Origin: Epiperipatus broadwayi
Lineage: Eukaryota; Animalia; Onychophora
Direction of reading: 5' to 3'
Length of the DNA stretch: 64,000 nt
Assembly: GCA_028023455.1 (NCBI GenBank)
Contig: JAQFVV010000002.1
Location: 7,068,001 to 7,132,000, forward strand
The notes beneath the pieces are model-generated. The model worked only from the letters and a program-made list of their open reading frames with translations, did no database searches and was not told where the DNA came from. Both the position numbers and the translations under genes were made by a program. Shown here in pieces: positions 1 through 14,795 of this stretch. Positions within the stretch are counted from its first letter, which is position 1; each line of letters begins with the position of its first letter.

Positions 1-1480
1 TAAATTAAATATCTTGTCATATTTTTTTAAATATTAATACTACTACTGCAGTTTTCCAATTATCTGGCACATCTTTATTATTTAGATACTTGATATATAG
101 CTTTCTCAATAATTTTTCTACTTCATCTGCTTTTTGAAGATATCAATAGTATAAGTATTATTTCCTGAAGCTTTTCCATAAATTTTATACATTTAATTGC
201 ATGTCTCATCTCTTCATTTAAAATTTCTAGCAATTCAGATGTAATAATTATAATGGCCACTTTCCATCTTTTCTTTTTCTTGTTAAAATAATGTCCTCTT
301 CTATAACTTTCCTTGCCAATTTACAGCTGTATTTTTTTATTTCATTAAGTCTTTTTTGTACCATTTTACAGAATTTCAGATAATAAATCCTTCTTAATAA
401 ATGATTTTAAAGTATTTTGATGTGTTTTCTGTTTTTCACATATTACTTTATATCAGGTAAAAATATATTGGTGAATTGCTGTTTTTTGTAACAGCAGTCT
501 CTGTTACAATTTTTAACAGAATATTACTTTTTTTCTTATTAATTTCAATTAAGTAAGAACCATCTTCAAAATCTGTCAATGTTTTAATTGAAGTGATTAG
601 AAAGTTCTAATTTTAATTCACTGGACTGTCTCTGAAGGTGAAGGATATCACTGTCAAAAATGTCTTTTTTAATAATTTTGAATTCTCTAGTTTTGCAATA
701 ACATGATTATTCTATCTTTCTTAATCAACTATTAATTCTTGTGTTGAATCTATTAAGAGAATTACAATCTTAAAATACACATTTTAAAATTTAATCAATT
801 TTTGCTCTATTTACCATTTGGATATTTCCATTTAGCATTTCTATCAAAGAAAGTATTTGTAATATACAATTTTTCTACAATTCTATATTCTCTCTCATTT
901 CTGATACCATAATCAAATTTAGACACAAACATTTTTATCTTATCAATTGTTTTCCAATTCTAGCATTAATGTTGATCAATATAACTTTAAAATGCTGTTT
1001 GGTCCAACGAAAGCATTTTGTACATCTATATAAAAATTCTTTTCCATCACAAAAAAACTTGTTGGGGCATACATCTGAATTATCCACATGTGATATCTTC
1101 CATTTAGGTGAATAATTAAATCTTCCCACCATTAATCCCCATCATCTTGTTTTTCTTTTGATTTATAATGAATTTTATTCCATTTGCACATTTAATATTT
1201 ATGCTTTCACAGACATTATCAAATCATTTCTTCATCTTTTCTTATAAGACCACACAAAATTCCACAATAACCCATTTAATATTAGATAGTTTTCAATTCA
1301 TGTAATCTTTCTTCATTTGAAAATGTTCAGTATTTCTAATTGGTCAAATAAAATGACATCATTAAATAACCTTCTAAATCTACAATAAAAAAATTATCAA
1401 TACCCTTTGTCTCCAATTATTAATCACAGTTTTGGCTGGTGGCCTTATAATATCCTGGGAATATGGCCCATATTTTACTT
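1..1480 (-). mobile_element. Decayed RTE-clade non-LTR retrotransposon (APE endonuclease through start of RT; runs off window)
   Basis: Minus-strand translation with stops and frameshifts gives APE-like motifs (SNEERLHEL..NIKW, IIQMYAPTS..FYIDVQ, ININARIG, TNTFFD) and pre-RT motifs (GKASG, VPDNWKTAVVVLIFKK). Left edge is the window edge; 5' end approximate. Confidence 0.8.
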
Positions 1481-2076
1481 TTGCTAGTCATGATTGTAAA
1501 TATCTAAAAAAGAAAGTTTATTAACATACAAGTTTATTATGCCTTTAAGATAATTCAACTAGCCAATGAGATTTCTTGGTCTTAAACTTTCAGGTAAAAA
1601 GTCAATTGTTACCACATATTAAATACCAATCATTCGACATTCAATTATCATATGAGTAATCTTATATCAATAACTGCTGCAATAAGAATATATTGAGTTG
1701 ATAATAGGAATTGCTTTATTTGTCTCTGTAAGATTTCAAAAAGGAATCAAAGAATCCATTTTATTTAATAGCAAATATTTTCTGCAATTACATAAATAGC
1801 TATAAAATTCTAAATAATGCTATATAATTATTTTTTTTTAGATTTATTTTCATAAAATGCTGTTATCAATATATCTTTTAGACTGATTAGAGCATTGAAA
1901 AGTATAATGAATAATGACCTCAAATTTTGCATTAATGATAATAATTAAATTTCAGTTGTGAAAAAATTCAGGTACTACACACTGACAAAAGGTTTATTGA
2001 AATGATGTCTATTGAAATGACAAATGTTTTTAAGTGGGTATTATAAATTAGAATAATGGAGAAAATAATTATATAT

Positions 2077-5000
2077 TGTAACCTACGGAGAAGATGGATA
2101 GGGAGATGAGATGGTGATGAAGATTGTGAAAATGGGAATAGAGTGATGTTAAAACGAATGAATAATAATAGACTCTTACAGAATGGGCGTTTGCCCAGTG
2201 GTGGTTACAATAAAAGAAAGGAATACTACAGAGATATCTATTATAATGAAAGAGGATAACTTCAAAGTAATAACAATGATAACATTTATTATACAGTAAC
2301 TAATTACTAATAAAACTAAGAAGAGGAATAATTTCACTCATATTTTAAAATACTTTTAAAATGTAAATTCTGTTCCATAAGAATATATATTCTCTGTGTA
2401 TGTAAATTATTTGCATCATCAGAAATCCTTCATAAAACTTTACATCTTAATATTCAAAGCTTAACATATCAGAATGTCAGAATAAAGCATGAATTTGAAT
2501 ACCCTTCTCTGGCAGAACAACAATAAATGTAGTATGCTTCTCAATAGCAGATGTAACAATATAATAAATAATGTTTAGCTAGAATAAATATTTTATTCAA
2601 TAATATAAAATAATACTAATGCTGATAATGATCTCAGGATTCTAAATAATTTTGGAGAATTTCTTTTATAATCACTGGTTGCCAATGTATGACTGATATC
2701 CTGGGAGGCTCTAAGATGCATAAACTTTTCTTACAAGAGAATGCTTCCTAACATATAATTTAAAAACAGAAACAATTACAGAAAAAAAAAATCTAATTTT
2801 CTAAAATAATGGCAAAAGTAAATATTCTAAAATTCAGAATAACTATAGCCATTTATCCAGAACATCATTCAAAAATAATAGAAAGAAAAGGGTGCATTTT
2901 ATGTCCTTCAACTATCCCACAGACAACTCAAACTAAATTATAAAGTACACAATTTGTATATTCACATTATAATGGAAGGGTCTATAAAATTTATGCAGTC
3001 AGAATATAGTTAGAATAATCTAAAACAAAATTATATCAATTTTGAATGGATATTTAAAATATTCAATTTTAATTACTCTCATATAAAATTCCAATCTTTG
3101 GAATTGAAAATCTTAACAAAAGATGTTTATTAAATATGGCAAGGTTTTGGAACTGCACATTTAGATTATCTGTCACCCAAAATTTATCTGACAGAAATCA
3201 GAATGGAAATTTGTGTGTAAACCTGAATATTTTTTAATAGTAAAGTAATTAAATTTATTAAATGTTAAATATCACCATAAATATTATGTACAAGTTTTTT
3301 TTTGTTTACATGCAAGACTCAGAAGTCCTTGCTGCCACAAGTGCTGTTACAATTGTCATTATATTTTTTTTATACATCAGTTGATACATAGGCACATCCA
3401 TACTTTTACTATTAGTTTTCATAAGGTTTAACTACAGGACCAACAAGTGGGTTGGACATCAACATTCCCACAAAAAAATAACTTATAAATAAAATTAACT
3501 CATCTCAAATTAACTGATGTACTTTTTAAAACAGATTGAAATTTTAAAGAAACAATAGCAAAAGTTTTAGCTTGGACTAAGCTGAACTATCAGATAATTC
3601 AAACACTTATATTTGTCAAGTAATTTATAGCCTTATTTAACACACTATTTAGCTAAATTTTAATTGATTAATTTTATAGAAATTAAACTAATACAATATC
3701 AATGAGCATTCGATATAGGCAATTATGTAAATATTGCACTATGTATTAACTAAATTTGAACAAGCTGGTGAAAATATTAATAATTGAAGAATGCAATCAA
3801 CAAAAATGGCATGATATGAATCTAAGTTTCTACATTACTTTTTAAATAGAAATGGGCCATTTACTAGAAGTCACACATAATTCATACTAAATTACTGTCC
3901 ATATACTAATAATAATAATAATAATATTTTAAATATCACAGAACTTACAACTCCATCAGTGACGTGATCCAAATGGGTATACAGAAAACATAAAGTGTAT
4001 ATATTATCTAAATGCCAAGTGCTAGATATTAAATGCATAAAAATATAATATATTGCTAGTTTACTTGTGACTGGCCAACTGACTCAGCAATACAATACAG
4101 ACATTGCCATATACCACTAAGCATTGTACACAATGCAACTTGAAGAACTAACTCTTCAAAACTTACTAGTCATTGCCATGTCAATTTTAATACAAATACT
4201 ACCTCACCTACTATGGTGGACCATATAAATTTCATCATGAGCGATAGGCAAAAATATTAAAAGAATGGTGGCTTCCAAATGCCTATCCTTGAGACAGAAA
4301 AGAAAGAGGATGTCTGGACTCTGTTGCAGTGTATCAGGAAAATACGAAAAGACACACCAAATATAAATGATCATCTCCAGGGATCTAGGTATCTTCAATA
4401 ACAACAAAATGATAGATATCACAAGAAATATAAAGCATTATCAAACTCATGGAATAACTATAAGCCATGGAAAGAACCTCTCAACCCCACACAGACACAA
4501 TAAAAGATTATAATATATAAGCCTAATTACTAAGGCAGACACCTCATACAAACAAACAATGGGAAGATCATGACTTACACTAAAGATAACTAATATAATA
4601 TACACATAAAATTATCAAAACGATGAGCAATCTCTGAAACCAGCAATAGCAGTTTGTCAACTGACTATTAAATTATTTAAGACTAAAGGCACATAAATTC
4701 TGCAAAAGATAATAGGAATACACACATATATGAAATATAGCATATAAATTAAATGAATAAGTGGATGTAATGCAAAATAAAGTATGGCAATATAAAATAA
4801 TTATATTCGCGATTAACTGATATATAACTGTAAACTATTCTGCTATGATAACTATTAAAAATACTAAACTTCCAGCAAATATTTATAGCACTGTTTAACT
4901 AAGGAATGACTGAAATACTCAAAATCTTGAGATAGAAAATAAATGGAAGAGATGAATACCTCTTGTAGATAAGATATTATCACATAATAGATATATAAAA

Positions 5001-7249
5001 ATTACCTGAGAATGTGTGGACATCCCAACACATTCTAGCATAAATCCCTAAACAAAATAATAGCAATACAATTACTTTGACATGTGAAATTATAATAATA
5101 TCATAAAGATATTTATAATCCTAAAAAAAAAAAATGTTAAATATTTTTTTAAAAAAAAAAACACCTTAGTCCATTAACGAAAATTTTTCATTGTGATTTA
5201 CTGGCAACATAAAAGTCCTCCGGCAGCTTGTCCATGTATGGAAACGTACTGCGTGTCAACAAGAATAAACATTTTTAAAATATGGCAAATGAAATTCTGG
5301 TAAGCACAATAATAATAATAATAACAATAAATATTAAAGTTCTTAACTCTAATAAAATACTATAAATTAGTGAGTGTTCATAGAAGTTGGCCAACATAAT
5401 AATAATTTTGAATCATATTTATTCAACGATGTCAGAATATAGTGCTATTCATTTCATAAACTTTTTCTTTCCCTGGATCCATGATTTTAAATAAAAAAGC
5501 AAAATAACTTATTTGTAGTTGATAAGTTTTCATAAAGCAACAATAAAAGTCAATTCTAGGTAATTAAGGTTAATAAATTTTTTTTAAAGAACTTTTTTTT
5601 GGATCATGTCCTGATAAAATATTATATCTTTGATATTATAGGAGACAACGAAGCATATAAAAATATTCTTATATTTCTATGATATAATCATACCAATAAT
5701 AAAGAAGTCAATTTCAGTTTTTATGCAGATAATAAGTTTAAATAGCATTAATTCAAGACAGAAAACAAATATATTTTAGCAATATTTCTCTAGTGCTAAA
5801 CGACATTTTATTTTCATATAATTGCATAATTAATTCTTTCCTTTTTTTTTTTTTAAAGTTGGTATGCATAATATTAAAATATTTAACAGGAAAGATAACT
5901 TTTTTCTTCACATAGTCTATCTTACTAGGAAAATCAGCAAAACAATATGTATAATTTTTTTAAAATTAATATTAAAATAAGCTCTTCTCTAAACTTTGAC
6001 TTTTTCTTCCTTTTACAATAATAATAGGTGCAACAAAAGTGGATTAGTATAAAGTTCGACATTAAATTATGGATAAATCTCACCCAAAATATTATGGAAT
6101 TTGAAGTTAAATAAAAACGAAGAAATTTATATTGAAGAATTGATTCAGTGTTTCGAGACATTTTAAATAATAGAGTAGAAAATCCAAACATTGAAGGAAA
6201 ATATAAAAGACAGTTTTACCTTCTTTTTTTCAGCACATTATTGATTGCTTTTGAAACTTAAATAAATTTTAACTTTTGTTAAAGAAAAAATAAAATAATT
6301 TTAAAAAAATTACACATTTCTGGAAATGAGTACAAGAATTAAGCAGCCATTGACTAAGTTGTAATTGTCATCCCCAAATGATGATGATCAGCTGTTTGTT
6401 TGGAAAAACCCTCAGTCAATCAAACCTAGTCACTCCTTCTTAGAAGAGACATCTGGGGTTAAAAGGTTTAATCAACTATTACATCACTCTGATCTACTTA
6501 ATTAAGGAAAAAAATCATGCGCTATATCTGTCTGAATGAAAGAGAGATTCTGTAACTTATTAATTAATGAGACTGAAACATAAACTAAAATAAAAAAAAA
6601 TTTACAATAATTATTTTATTCCCAAATAAAATAATCTCTTCCTTCACTTTTTTTAAGAACAAAATAAATCCAATAAACTAATAAAATTAACCCTTTATTT
6701 TGCATGTTTTCTTGACAATATTTTCTCATTGAAATTTTAATTTTTAGAATTATATCACTTAATAATTAAAACCAAGTAATTATTAAACACATGCAAGCAC
6801 AAACATACAAACACACACATCTAGACAGGGAAGTTAGCTAGTTCTTTATTTTTAAACTACTTTAACATTAAATTGAGGCTAAATTAAACAACCGCATTTA
6901 AAATTATTATTTAACTACAGGAATTAAATTTATTTAAAGTAAACTATCTTGACAACTTTACTTATTTAAAATACCTATCTTTAATAGCTAACACATTTCA
7001 AAATTTCTAATTAAATTTTATTATAATACATCCTATTATAACCTAATCTAATTTAACAAGCTTTTATTCTAACTTTAAAATATTTATTTAAGCAAATGGC
7101 TTTATGGACTGCAACTTAGTCTGAAGGTATTAAATAGCTCCATATTATTTATTACTTACTTTTTTTTTTTTTGTAAAACATTAACCAATATGGACTGCTA
7201 CTTTTAAATTAGCTCGTACAAAAACCAATGTACAAAGTACAGGGTTACA
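2077..7249 (-). repeat. 3' LTR (5173 bp)
   Basis: Starts TGTAACCT, ends AGGGTTACA; colinear with 9409-14795 over its whole length, roughly 90% identical by eye, with indels. Confidence 0.92.
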
Positions 7250-7257
7250 TTTCCTCC
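7250..7257 (-). other. Polypurine tract
   Basis: Minus strand reads GGAGGAAA immediately before TGTAACC of the 3' LTR. Confidence 0.7.
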
Positions 7258-7396
7258 AGTCTTACAAAACAAAAAAACAGTAATAAGTAGATTGCAAAGT
7301 TTACTCCCATTTATCTAATAATTATTTAGGGGTGAGGATCGAAAAAAACACCACAAACCATGCACCTAACCCACTTTATAAATGTTTACCTATGTG

Positions 7397-8780
7397 TTAT
7401 TTCTTTGTTAAAGGTATTAAACTTCGAGCATTATGCATTAATCTTTCTAAACCTAGCCTACAATTCCACGATGTGCTATCTGCTCTTGCTAGACTTTTCT
7501 GATTGGTGTCAACTATTCTTATAGTTCTTTTTAAATTATCTTTCATCTCATTCAACTCTCTATTCAATTGTGGACAAACTTTGTCTACTCATGATAAATT
7601 TGACTGTACCTTGCCTTTTAATTCACTCAATGTTAGACCAAGCTGCTTCTTTAGATCTTGCATTTCTTAATCCATCCGATTAAGGTAACCTTCCAATTGA
7701 ACATCCACCTCACACAGCTTACATTCTATTCTACTAATTCTATGGTTAGAATCCTGACCTAACTGCTCTATATACTGTTGACCTTGACCTGTCATTTCCA
7801 CCTTTTTCTGATCAAATCTTTCCTCTATCTTCAAGTACAATTCACTTTCTATTCTAGCCCTAAACCTTTCCATTTCACCTAAAATACCTTTGAATGATAG
7901 TGACTGACCCTTAAAGGCTAATTTCTCTTTCAAAATATCAATCTCCTCAATTATCTGGTTCATTTGATCTTCCACTCCCTTGGTAGTTTCCACTTGGGCT
8001 AACTTCTGATCCCCTAATTCAGCTATAAGATTTTTGATGTGGCCCTGACAACTCTCAATTTCCCCACAAGATTTTAAGTTAAGGTCTTCAAATTTACTAA
8101 CCAACAAGTTGTACTGGCTTTGACAATTCTGTCCCATTTCCTGCATGACTATTTTTGCCTTCGTGAGCCTTTCCTTAACCTTCTCCAACTTTTCATTCAT
8201 CTTATAGTGTGCTTTTCTAAAATCACTACTCAGCTTGCCTATTTGAGTTTCAAATATTTTCTGACTGAACTTCATTTCTTCCATCTGTCTCTCTGAATTT
8301 AGTCTACTTCCCCGCACCTGCCTCTGTAAAACTTGCATCTGATTTTCTGAATTTAGTCTGCTTTCCTGTATCTGGCCCTATACATCTAGCCTACCTTCCA
8401 ATATTTGACTCTGTAAAAACTGCACCTGGCTATCTGAATTTGACATATTTTTTGTATCTGGCTTTGTACATCTTTCCTACCTTCCAGTATTTGACTCTGT
8501 ATATTTTGATTCATTTTCTGCATTAGAGTCTGCGAGTTTCTATTGGTTCTCCATCTAAATTTGAGAATCTTGCCTACTCTCCAGTATTTGACTCTGTAAA
8601 TTCTCATTCATCTTCTGTATTAATTCTACCATCTGTCTCTGTGAATTTTCATTCATTTTCTGCATAAATAGGTCAAATTAATCCATAGTCATCACTGATG
8701 GAGGCTTCTCTAATTTCTTTTCTTTCATGCTGCCTGTACTCAATTTTACCTTTTTCATAATATGATCAATAATACTAATA
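7397..8780 (-). pseudogene. Decayed coiled-coil ORF (gag-position protein) with Gln-rich N-terminal repeats; open core is 7667-8338 (223 aa)
   Basis: The 223 aa ORF continues in frame past TAA/TGA stops to 7397 and upstream past a TAG plus a frameshift; heptad-like composition; repeated LQSQILEGR/SRLNSE units. No capsid or zinc-knuckle motif recognised. Upstream boundary approximate. Confidence 0.6.
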
Positions 8781-9394
8781 AGGCATCCTGACAGTCTATA
8801 CCCCCTTCAACAAGAATAATCCAAACTACCACACAAAAGCCCTACCACCAATATTCCACATACAATAACACTTTCAATAATAATAATGTTTTTCCTTCTA
8901 TATATATGTGTCTTGGTTCACACAGAAAATAAAATAAAATGAAATAATGCAGATCCAAACAAAAAGTAATAATGAACAATAAAAACGACAATATTTGAAA
9001 GATTATTCATAGACTGCAAAAATAAATGAATGTAGTAAATTTTGCTGTAGCAAGATAAATACAACTCAAGTCAAGAAATGCTCACAATGGTATGAGACTA
9101 CTTATAATCATTGGTAATTAGCAAAATTTTATTATCTGTTAGCTCACTACTATATTAACAAACATTGAATAATTGAGAGTATTCATGTGAAACAACAGAC
9201 ATAACTGATAATGACAATAAACACAACACCTATACTAACTATTTTGGGCATGTTTAAACAAAATTAATCAAATTTTACAACATTCTGACAAAGTGCAAAT
9301 AATGACAAAAATGACTCCAAATGAAGTCAATAAAGGCTCTAATAAAGACTTGTCAGCATTCAACAAGACCCTAAAGAACATATCTAGGCCTAAA

Positions 9395-9406
9395 TGTTGG
9401 GAACCA
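9395..9406 (-). other. Primer binding site, likely tRNA-Glu
   Basis: Minus strand TGGTTCCCAACA begins 2 nt after the 5' LTR end; the first 9 nt are complementary to the 3' end (UGGGAACCA) of metazoan tRNA-Glu. Confidence 0.7.
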
Positions 9407-9408
9407 AC

Positions 9409-12400
9409 TGTAACCTATAAAGAAGATGGATAGGGAGAAGAGATGGTGATGAAGATTGTGAAAATGGGAATGGAGTGATGTTAAAACGAATGAATAATAA
9501 TACTCTTACAGAATGGACTTTTGCTAAGTGGGGTTACAATAAAAGAAAGGAATATTACAGAGACATCTATTACAATGAAAAAGGACAACTTCAAAGTAAT
9601 AATAATGATAACATTTATTATACAGTAACTAATTACTAATAAAACTAAGAAGAGGAATAATTTCACTCATATTTTAAAATACTTTTAAAATGTAAATTCT
9701 GTTCCATAAGAATATATATTCTCTGTGTATCTAAATTATTTGCATCATCAGAAATCCTTCATAAAACTTTACATCTTAATATTCAAAGCTAAACATATCA
9801 GAATGTCAGAACAAAGCATGAATTTGAATACCCTTCTCTGGCAGAACAACAATAAATGTAATATGATTCTCAATAGCAGATGTAACAATATAATAAATAA
9901 TGTTTAGCTAGAATAAATATTTTATTCAATAATATGAAATAATACTAATGCTGATAATGATCTCAGGATTCTAAATAACTTTGGAGAATTTCTTCTATAA
10001 TCACTGATTGCCAATGTATGACTGATATCCTGGAAGGCTTTAGGAGGCATAATCTTTACTTACAAGAGAATGCTTCCTAACATATAATTTAAAAAGAAAA
10101 ACAATTACAGAAAGAAAATATCTAATTTGCTAAAATAATGGCAAAAGTAAATATTCTAAAATTCAGAATAACTATAGCCATTTATCCAGGACATCATTCA
10201 AAAATAATAGAAAGAAAAGTGTACATTTTATGTCCTTCTACTATCCCACAGACAACTCAAACTAAATTATCAAGTACACAATTTGTATATTCACATTATA
10301 ATGGAATGGTCTATAAAATTTATGCAGTCTGAATATAGCTAGAATAATCTAAACCAAAATTATATCAATTTTGAATGGATATTTAAAATATTCAATTTTA
10401 ATTATTCTCATATAAAATTCCAGTCTTTGGAATTGAAAAGCTTCACAAAAGATGTTTATTAAATATGGCAAGTTTTTGGAACTGCAAATTTAGATTATCT
10501 GTCATCCAAAATTTATCTGACAGAAATCAGAATTGTAACATTATAAACTTTGCAAATGACAAATTCAATTTTAATAGATATATGAAAATTTGTGTGTGAA
10601 CCCAAGACGAATGACATACAGAAAAGGAAAACAGAAACTGAATATTTTTAATAATAAAGTAATTAAATTTATTAAATGTTAAATATCACCATAAATATTA
10701 TGTACAATTTTTTTTTTGTTTACATGCAATACTCAGAACTCCTTGCTGCTACAAGTGCTGTTACAATTGTCATTATATTTTTTTTTTATGTATCAGTTGA
10801 CACATAGTAACATCTAGACTTTTACTATTAGTTATCATAAGGTTTAACTACAGGACCAACAAGTGGGTTGGACATCAACATTCCCACAAAAAAATAACTT
10901 ATAAATAAAATTAATTCATCTCAAATTAGCTGATATACTTTTTAAAACAGATTGAAATTTTAAAGAAACAATACCAAAAGTTTTAGCTTGGATTAAGCTC
11001 AACTATCATATAATTCAAACACTTATATTTGTCAAGTAATTTATAGACTTATTTAACACACTATTTAGCTAAATTTTAATTGATTAATTTTATAGAAATT
11101 AAACTAATACAATATCAATGAACATTCGATATAGGCAATTATGTAAATCTTGCATTATGCATTAACTAAATTTGAACTAACAAGCTGGTGAAAATATTAA
11201 TAATTGAAGAATGCAATCAACTTAACAAAAATTGCATGATATGAATCTAAGTTTCTACATTACTTTTTAAATAGAAATGGGCCATTTACTAGAAGTCACA
11301 CATAAATCATACTAAATTACTGTCCATATACTAATAATAATAATAATATTTTAAATATCAAAGAACTTACAACTCCATCGGTGAGGTGATCCAAATGGGT
11401 ATATAGCAAACATAAGGTGTATATATTATCTAAATGCCAAGTGCTAGATATTAACTGCATAAAAATATAATATATTGCTAGTTTACTTGTGGCTGGTAAA
11501 TCGGCTCAGCAACACAATACAGACATTGCCATTTACCAGTAAGCATTGTATACAATGCAACTTGAAGAAATAACTCTTCAAAACTTACTATTCATTGCCA
11601 TGTCAATTTTAATACAAATTTTACCTCACCTACTATGGTGGAACATAAATTTCATCAGATAGGCACGAGAAAGCTCCACAGAGCAAGAAAATATTAAAAG
11701 AATGGTGGCTTCCAAATGGCTATCCTTGAGGCAGAAAAGAGAGAGGATGCCAGGATGCCTGGATTCTGTTGCAGCGCATCAGAGGCATCAGGAAAATACA
11801 AAAGACACACCAAATATAAATAATCCTCTCCACGGATCTAGGTATCTTCAATAACAACAAAATGATCAATATCACAAGAAATATAAAGCACTATCAAACT
11901 CATGGAATAACTATAAGCCATGGGGAGAACCTCTCATTCCCACACAGGCGCAATAAAAGATTATAATATATAAGCCTAAATACTAAGGCAGACATCTCAT
12001 ACAAACAAACAATGGCAAGATCATGATTTACACTAAAGATAACTAATATAATATACACATAAAATTATCAAAACGATGAGCAACCTCTGAAACTAGCAAT
12101 AGCAGTTTGTCAACCGACTATTAAATTATTTAAGACTAAAAGCACATAAATTCTTGCAATAGATAATAGGTATACACACATATGTGAAATATAACATATA
12201 AATTAAATGAATAAGTGGACGTAATACAAAATAAATTATGGGAATATTAAACAAATTCGCGATTAACTGATATATAGCTGTAAACTATTCTGCTATAACT
12301 ATTAAAAATACTAGACTTCCAGCAAATATTTATAGCACTGTAACTAATGAGTGACTGAAATACTCAAAATCTTGAGATAGAAAATAAATGGAAGAGATCT

Positions 12401-14795
12401 CTTATAGATAAGATATTACAAAAATGGAATAAAAACCAGCACGTAATAGATATATAAAAATTACCGTAATAGATATATAAAATTTACCGGAAAATGTTTG
12501 GACATCCCAACACATTCTAGCATAAACCCCTAAACAAAATAATAATACAATTACTTTTACATGTGAAATTATAATAATATTTATAATCATAAAAAAAAAA
12601 GGACAATTTTTTTTTATTTAAAAAAAAAACACCTTAGTCCATTAACGAAAATTTTCCGTTGCGGTTTACTGGGAGCATAAAAATCCTTCTCCGGCAGCTT
12701 GTCCATGTAGGAAAACGTACTGCGTGTCAACGAGAATAAACATTTTTAAAATATGGCAAATGAAATTCTTGTAAGCACACTAATAATAACAACAATAAAT
12801 ATTAAAGTTCTTAACTCTAATAATATACTATAGTTAGTGTTCATAGAAGTTGGCCAATATAATAATAATTTTGGAACATATTTATTCAACGGTGTCAGAA
12901 TATAGCGCTATTCATTTCATAGAAATTTTTTTTTCCTCCAGATCCATGGTTTTAAATAAAAAAGCAAAATAACTTATTTGTAATTTTCATTTTTCAATAA
13001 GCACACGCGAATATATAAGTTTTCATTAAGCAACAATAAATGTCAATTCTAGGTAATTAAAGTTAATAAATTTCTTTTAAAGCACTTTGTTTTCACGAAG
13101 TAACACTTAATTGAAAGCATTTCTTTTCTCCATCCATGTCCTGATAAAATATTATATCTTTAATATTATAGGAGACGACGAAGCATATAAAATTATTCTT
13201 ATATCTCTATGATATAATAACACCAATAATAAAGAAGTCATTTTCAGTTTTTATGCAGATAAGTTTAAATAGCATTAATTCAAGACAGAAAACAAATATA
13301 TTTTAGCAATATTACTCTAGTGCTAAACGACAGTTTATTTTCATATATTGCATAATCAAGTCTTTCCTTTTTTTTTATTTTAAACTTGGTAAGCATAATA
13401 TTAAAATATTTAACAGGAAACATAACTTTTTTCTTCAAAGTCTATTTTACTAAGAAAATCAGCAAAACAATACGTATAATTTTCTTAAAATGAATATTAA
13501 AATAAGTTCTACTCTAAACTTTGCTTTTTCTTACTTCTACAATAATAATAGGTGCAACAAAAGTAGATTAGTATAAAGTTCGACATTAAATTATGGATAA
13601 ATCTTTCGAAACATATCACCCGAAATATTATGCAATTTGAAGTTAAACAAAAACGAATAAATTTATATTGAAGAATTGACATTTTAGTAGAAAATCCAAA
13701 CATTGAAGGAAAATATAAAAGACAGTTTTGCCTTTTTTTTTTTTTTTTATCAGCGCATTATTGGTTTTTGAAACTTAAATAAATTTTAACTTTTGTTAAA
13801 GAAAAAATAAAATAATTTTAAAAAAATTACACTCTTCTGGAAATGAGTACAAAAATTAAGCAGCCGTTGACCAAGTTGTAATTGTCACCCCCCCACATGA
13901 TGCTGATCAGCTGTTTTTTTAGAAAAACCTTCAGCCAATCAAGCCTAGACACTATTTCTTAGAAGAGACACCTAGGGTTAAAAGGTTTAATCAACTTTTA
14001 CAGTTGAGAACTGTTACGTCACTCTGATCTACTTAATTAAAGAAAAAAAAATCACGTGCTATAACTGTCTGACTGAAAGAGAGATTGTGTAATTTATTAA
14101 TTAATGAGACTGAAACATAAAATATATATATCAAACATAAAAAAAACTTTTTTACAATAATTATTTTATTCCCAAATAAAATAATCTCTTCCTTCACTTT
14201 TTTTTAAGAACAAAATAAATACAATAAACTAATAAAATTAACCCTTTATTTTGCATGTTTTCTTGACAATATTTTATCATTGAAATTTTAATTTTAAGAA
14301 TTATATCACTTAATAATTAAAACCAAGTAATTATTAAACACATGCAAGCACAAACATACAAGCATATCTAGACAGGGAAGTTAGCTAGTTCTTTATTTTT
14401 AAACTACTTTAACATTAAATTGAGGCTAATTTAAACAATTGCATTTAAAATTATTATTTAATTACAGGAATTAAATTTATTTAAACTAAACTGTCTTGAC
14501 AACTTTACTTATTTAAAATACCTACCTTTAATAGCTAACACAGTTTAAAATTACTAACTAAATTTTATCATAATACATCCTATTATAACCTAATCTAATT
14601 TAACAAGCTTTTATTCTAACTTTAAAATATTTATTTAAGCAAATGGCTTTATGGACTACAACTTAATCTGGAGGTATTAAATAGCTCCATATTATTTATT
14701 ACTTACTATATTTTTTTTATAAAACATTAACCAATATGGACTGCTACTTTTAAATGAGCTCCTACAAGAACCAATATACAAAGTACAGGGTTACA
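9409..14795 (-). repeat. 5' LTR (5387 bp)
   Basis: Starts TGTAACCT, ends AGGGTTACA; has segments absent from the other LTR (around 10525-10635) and a 25 bp tandem duplication near 12443-12490. Confidence 0.92.

Larger units (their letters stand above)
2077..14795 (-). mobile_element. Complete non-autonomous LTR retroelement, 12.7 kb, with giant LTRs and no pol
   Basis: Two long direct repeats, each bounded by TGTAACC...GGTTACA; PBS and PPT at the expected internal positions for minus orientation; ATAT at 2073-2076 and 14796-14799 as 4 bp TSD. Confidence 0.92.

Noticed and set aside
1400-1490. Possible HDV-like ribozyme at the RTE 5' end (TAT-TCCCAGG-ATA as P3/L3)
   Set aside because: No matching P1 or P2 partner strands found.
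4204-6191. Short ORFs inside the LTR
   Set aside because: Not preserved as the same open frame in both LTR copies and no recognisable motifs.
2077-14795. Interpretation as a simple segmental tandem duplication
   Set aside because: TG..CA inverted termini, PBS, PPT and TSD all fall exactly at the repeat boundaries.
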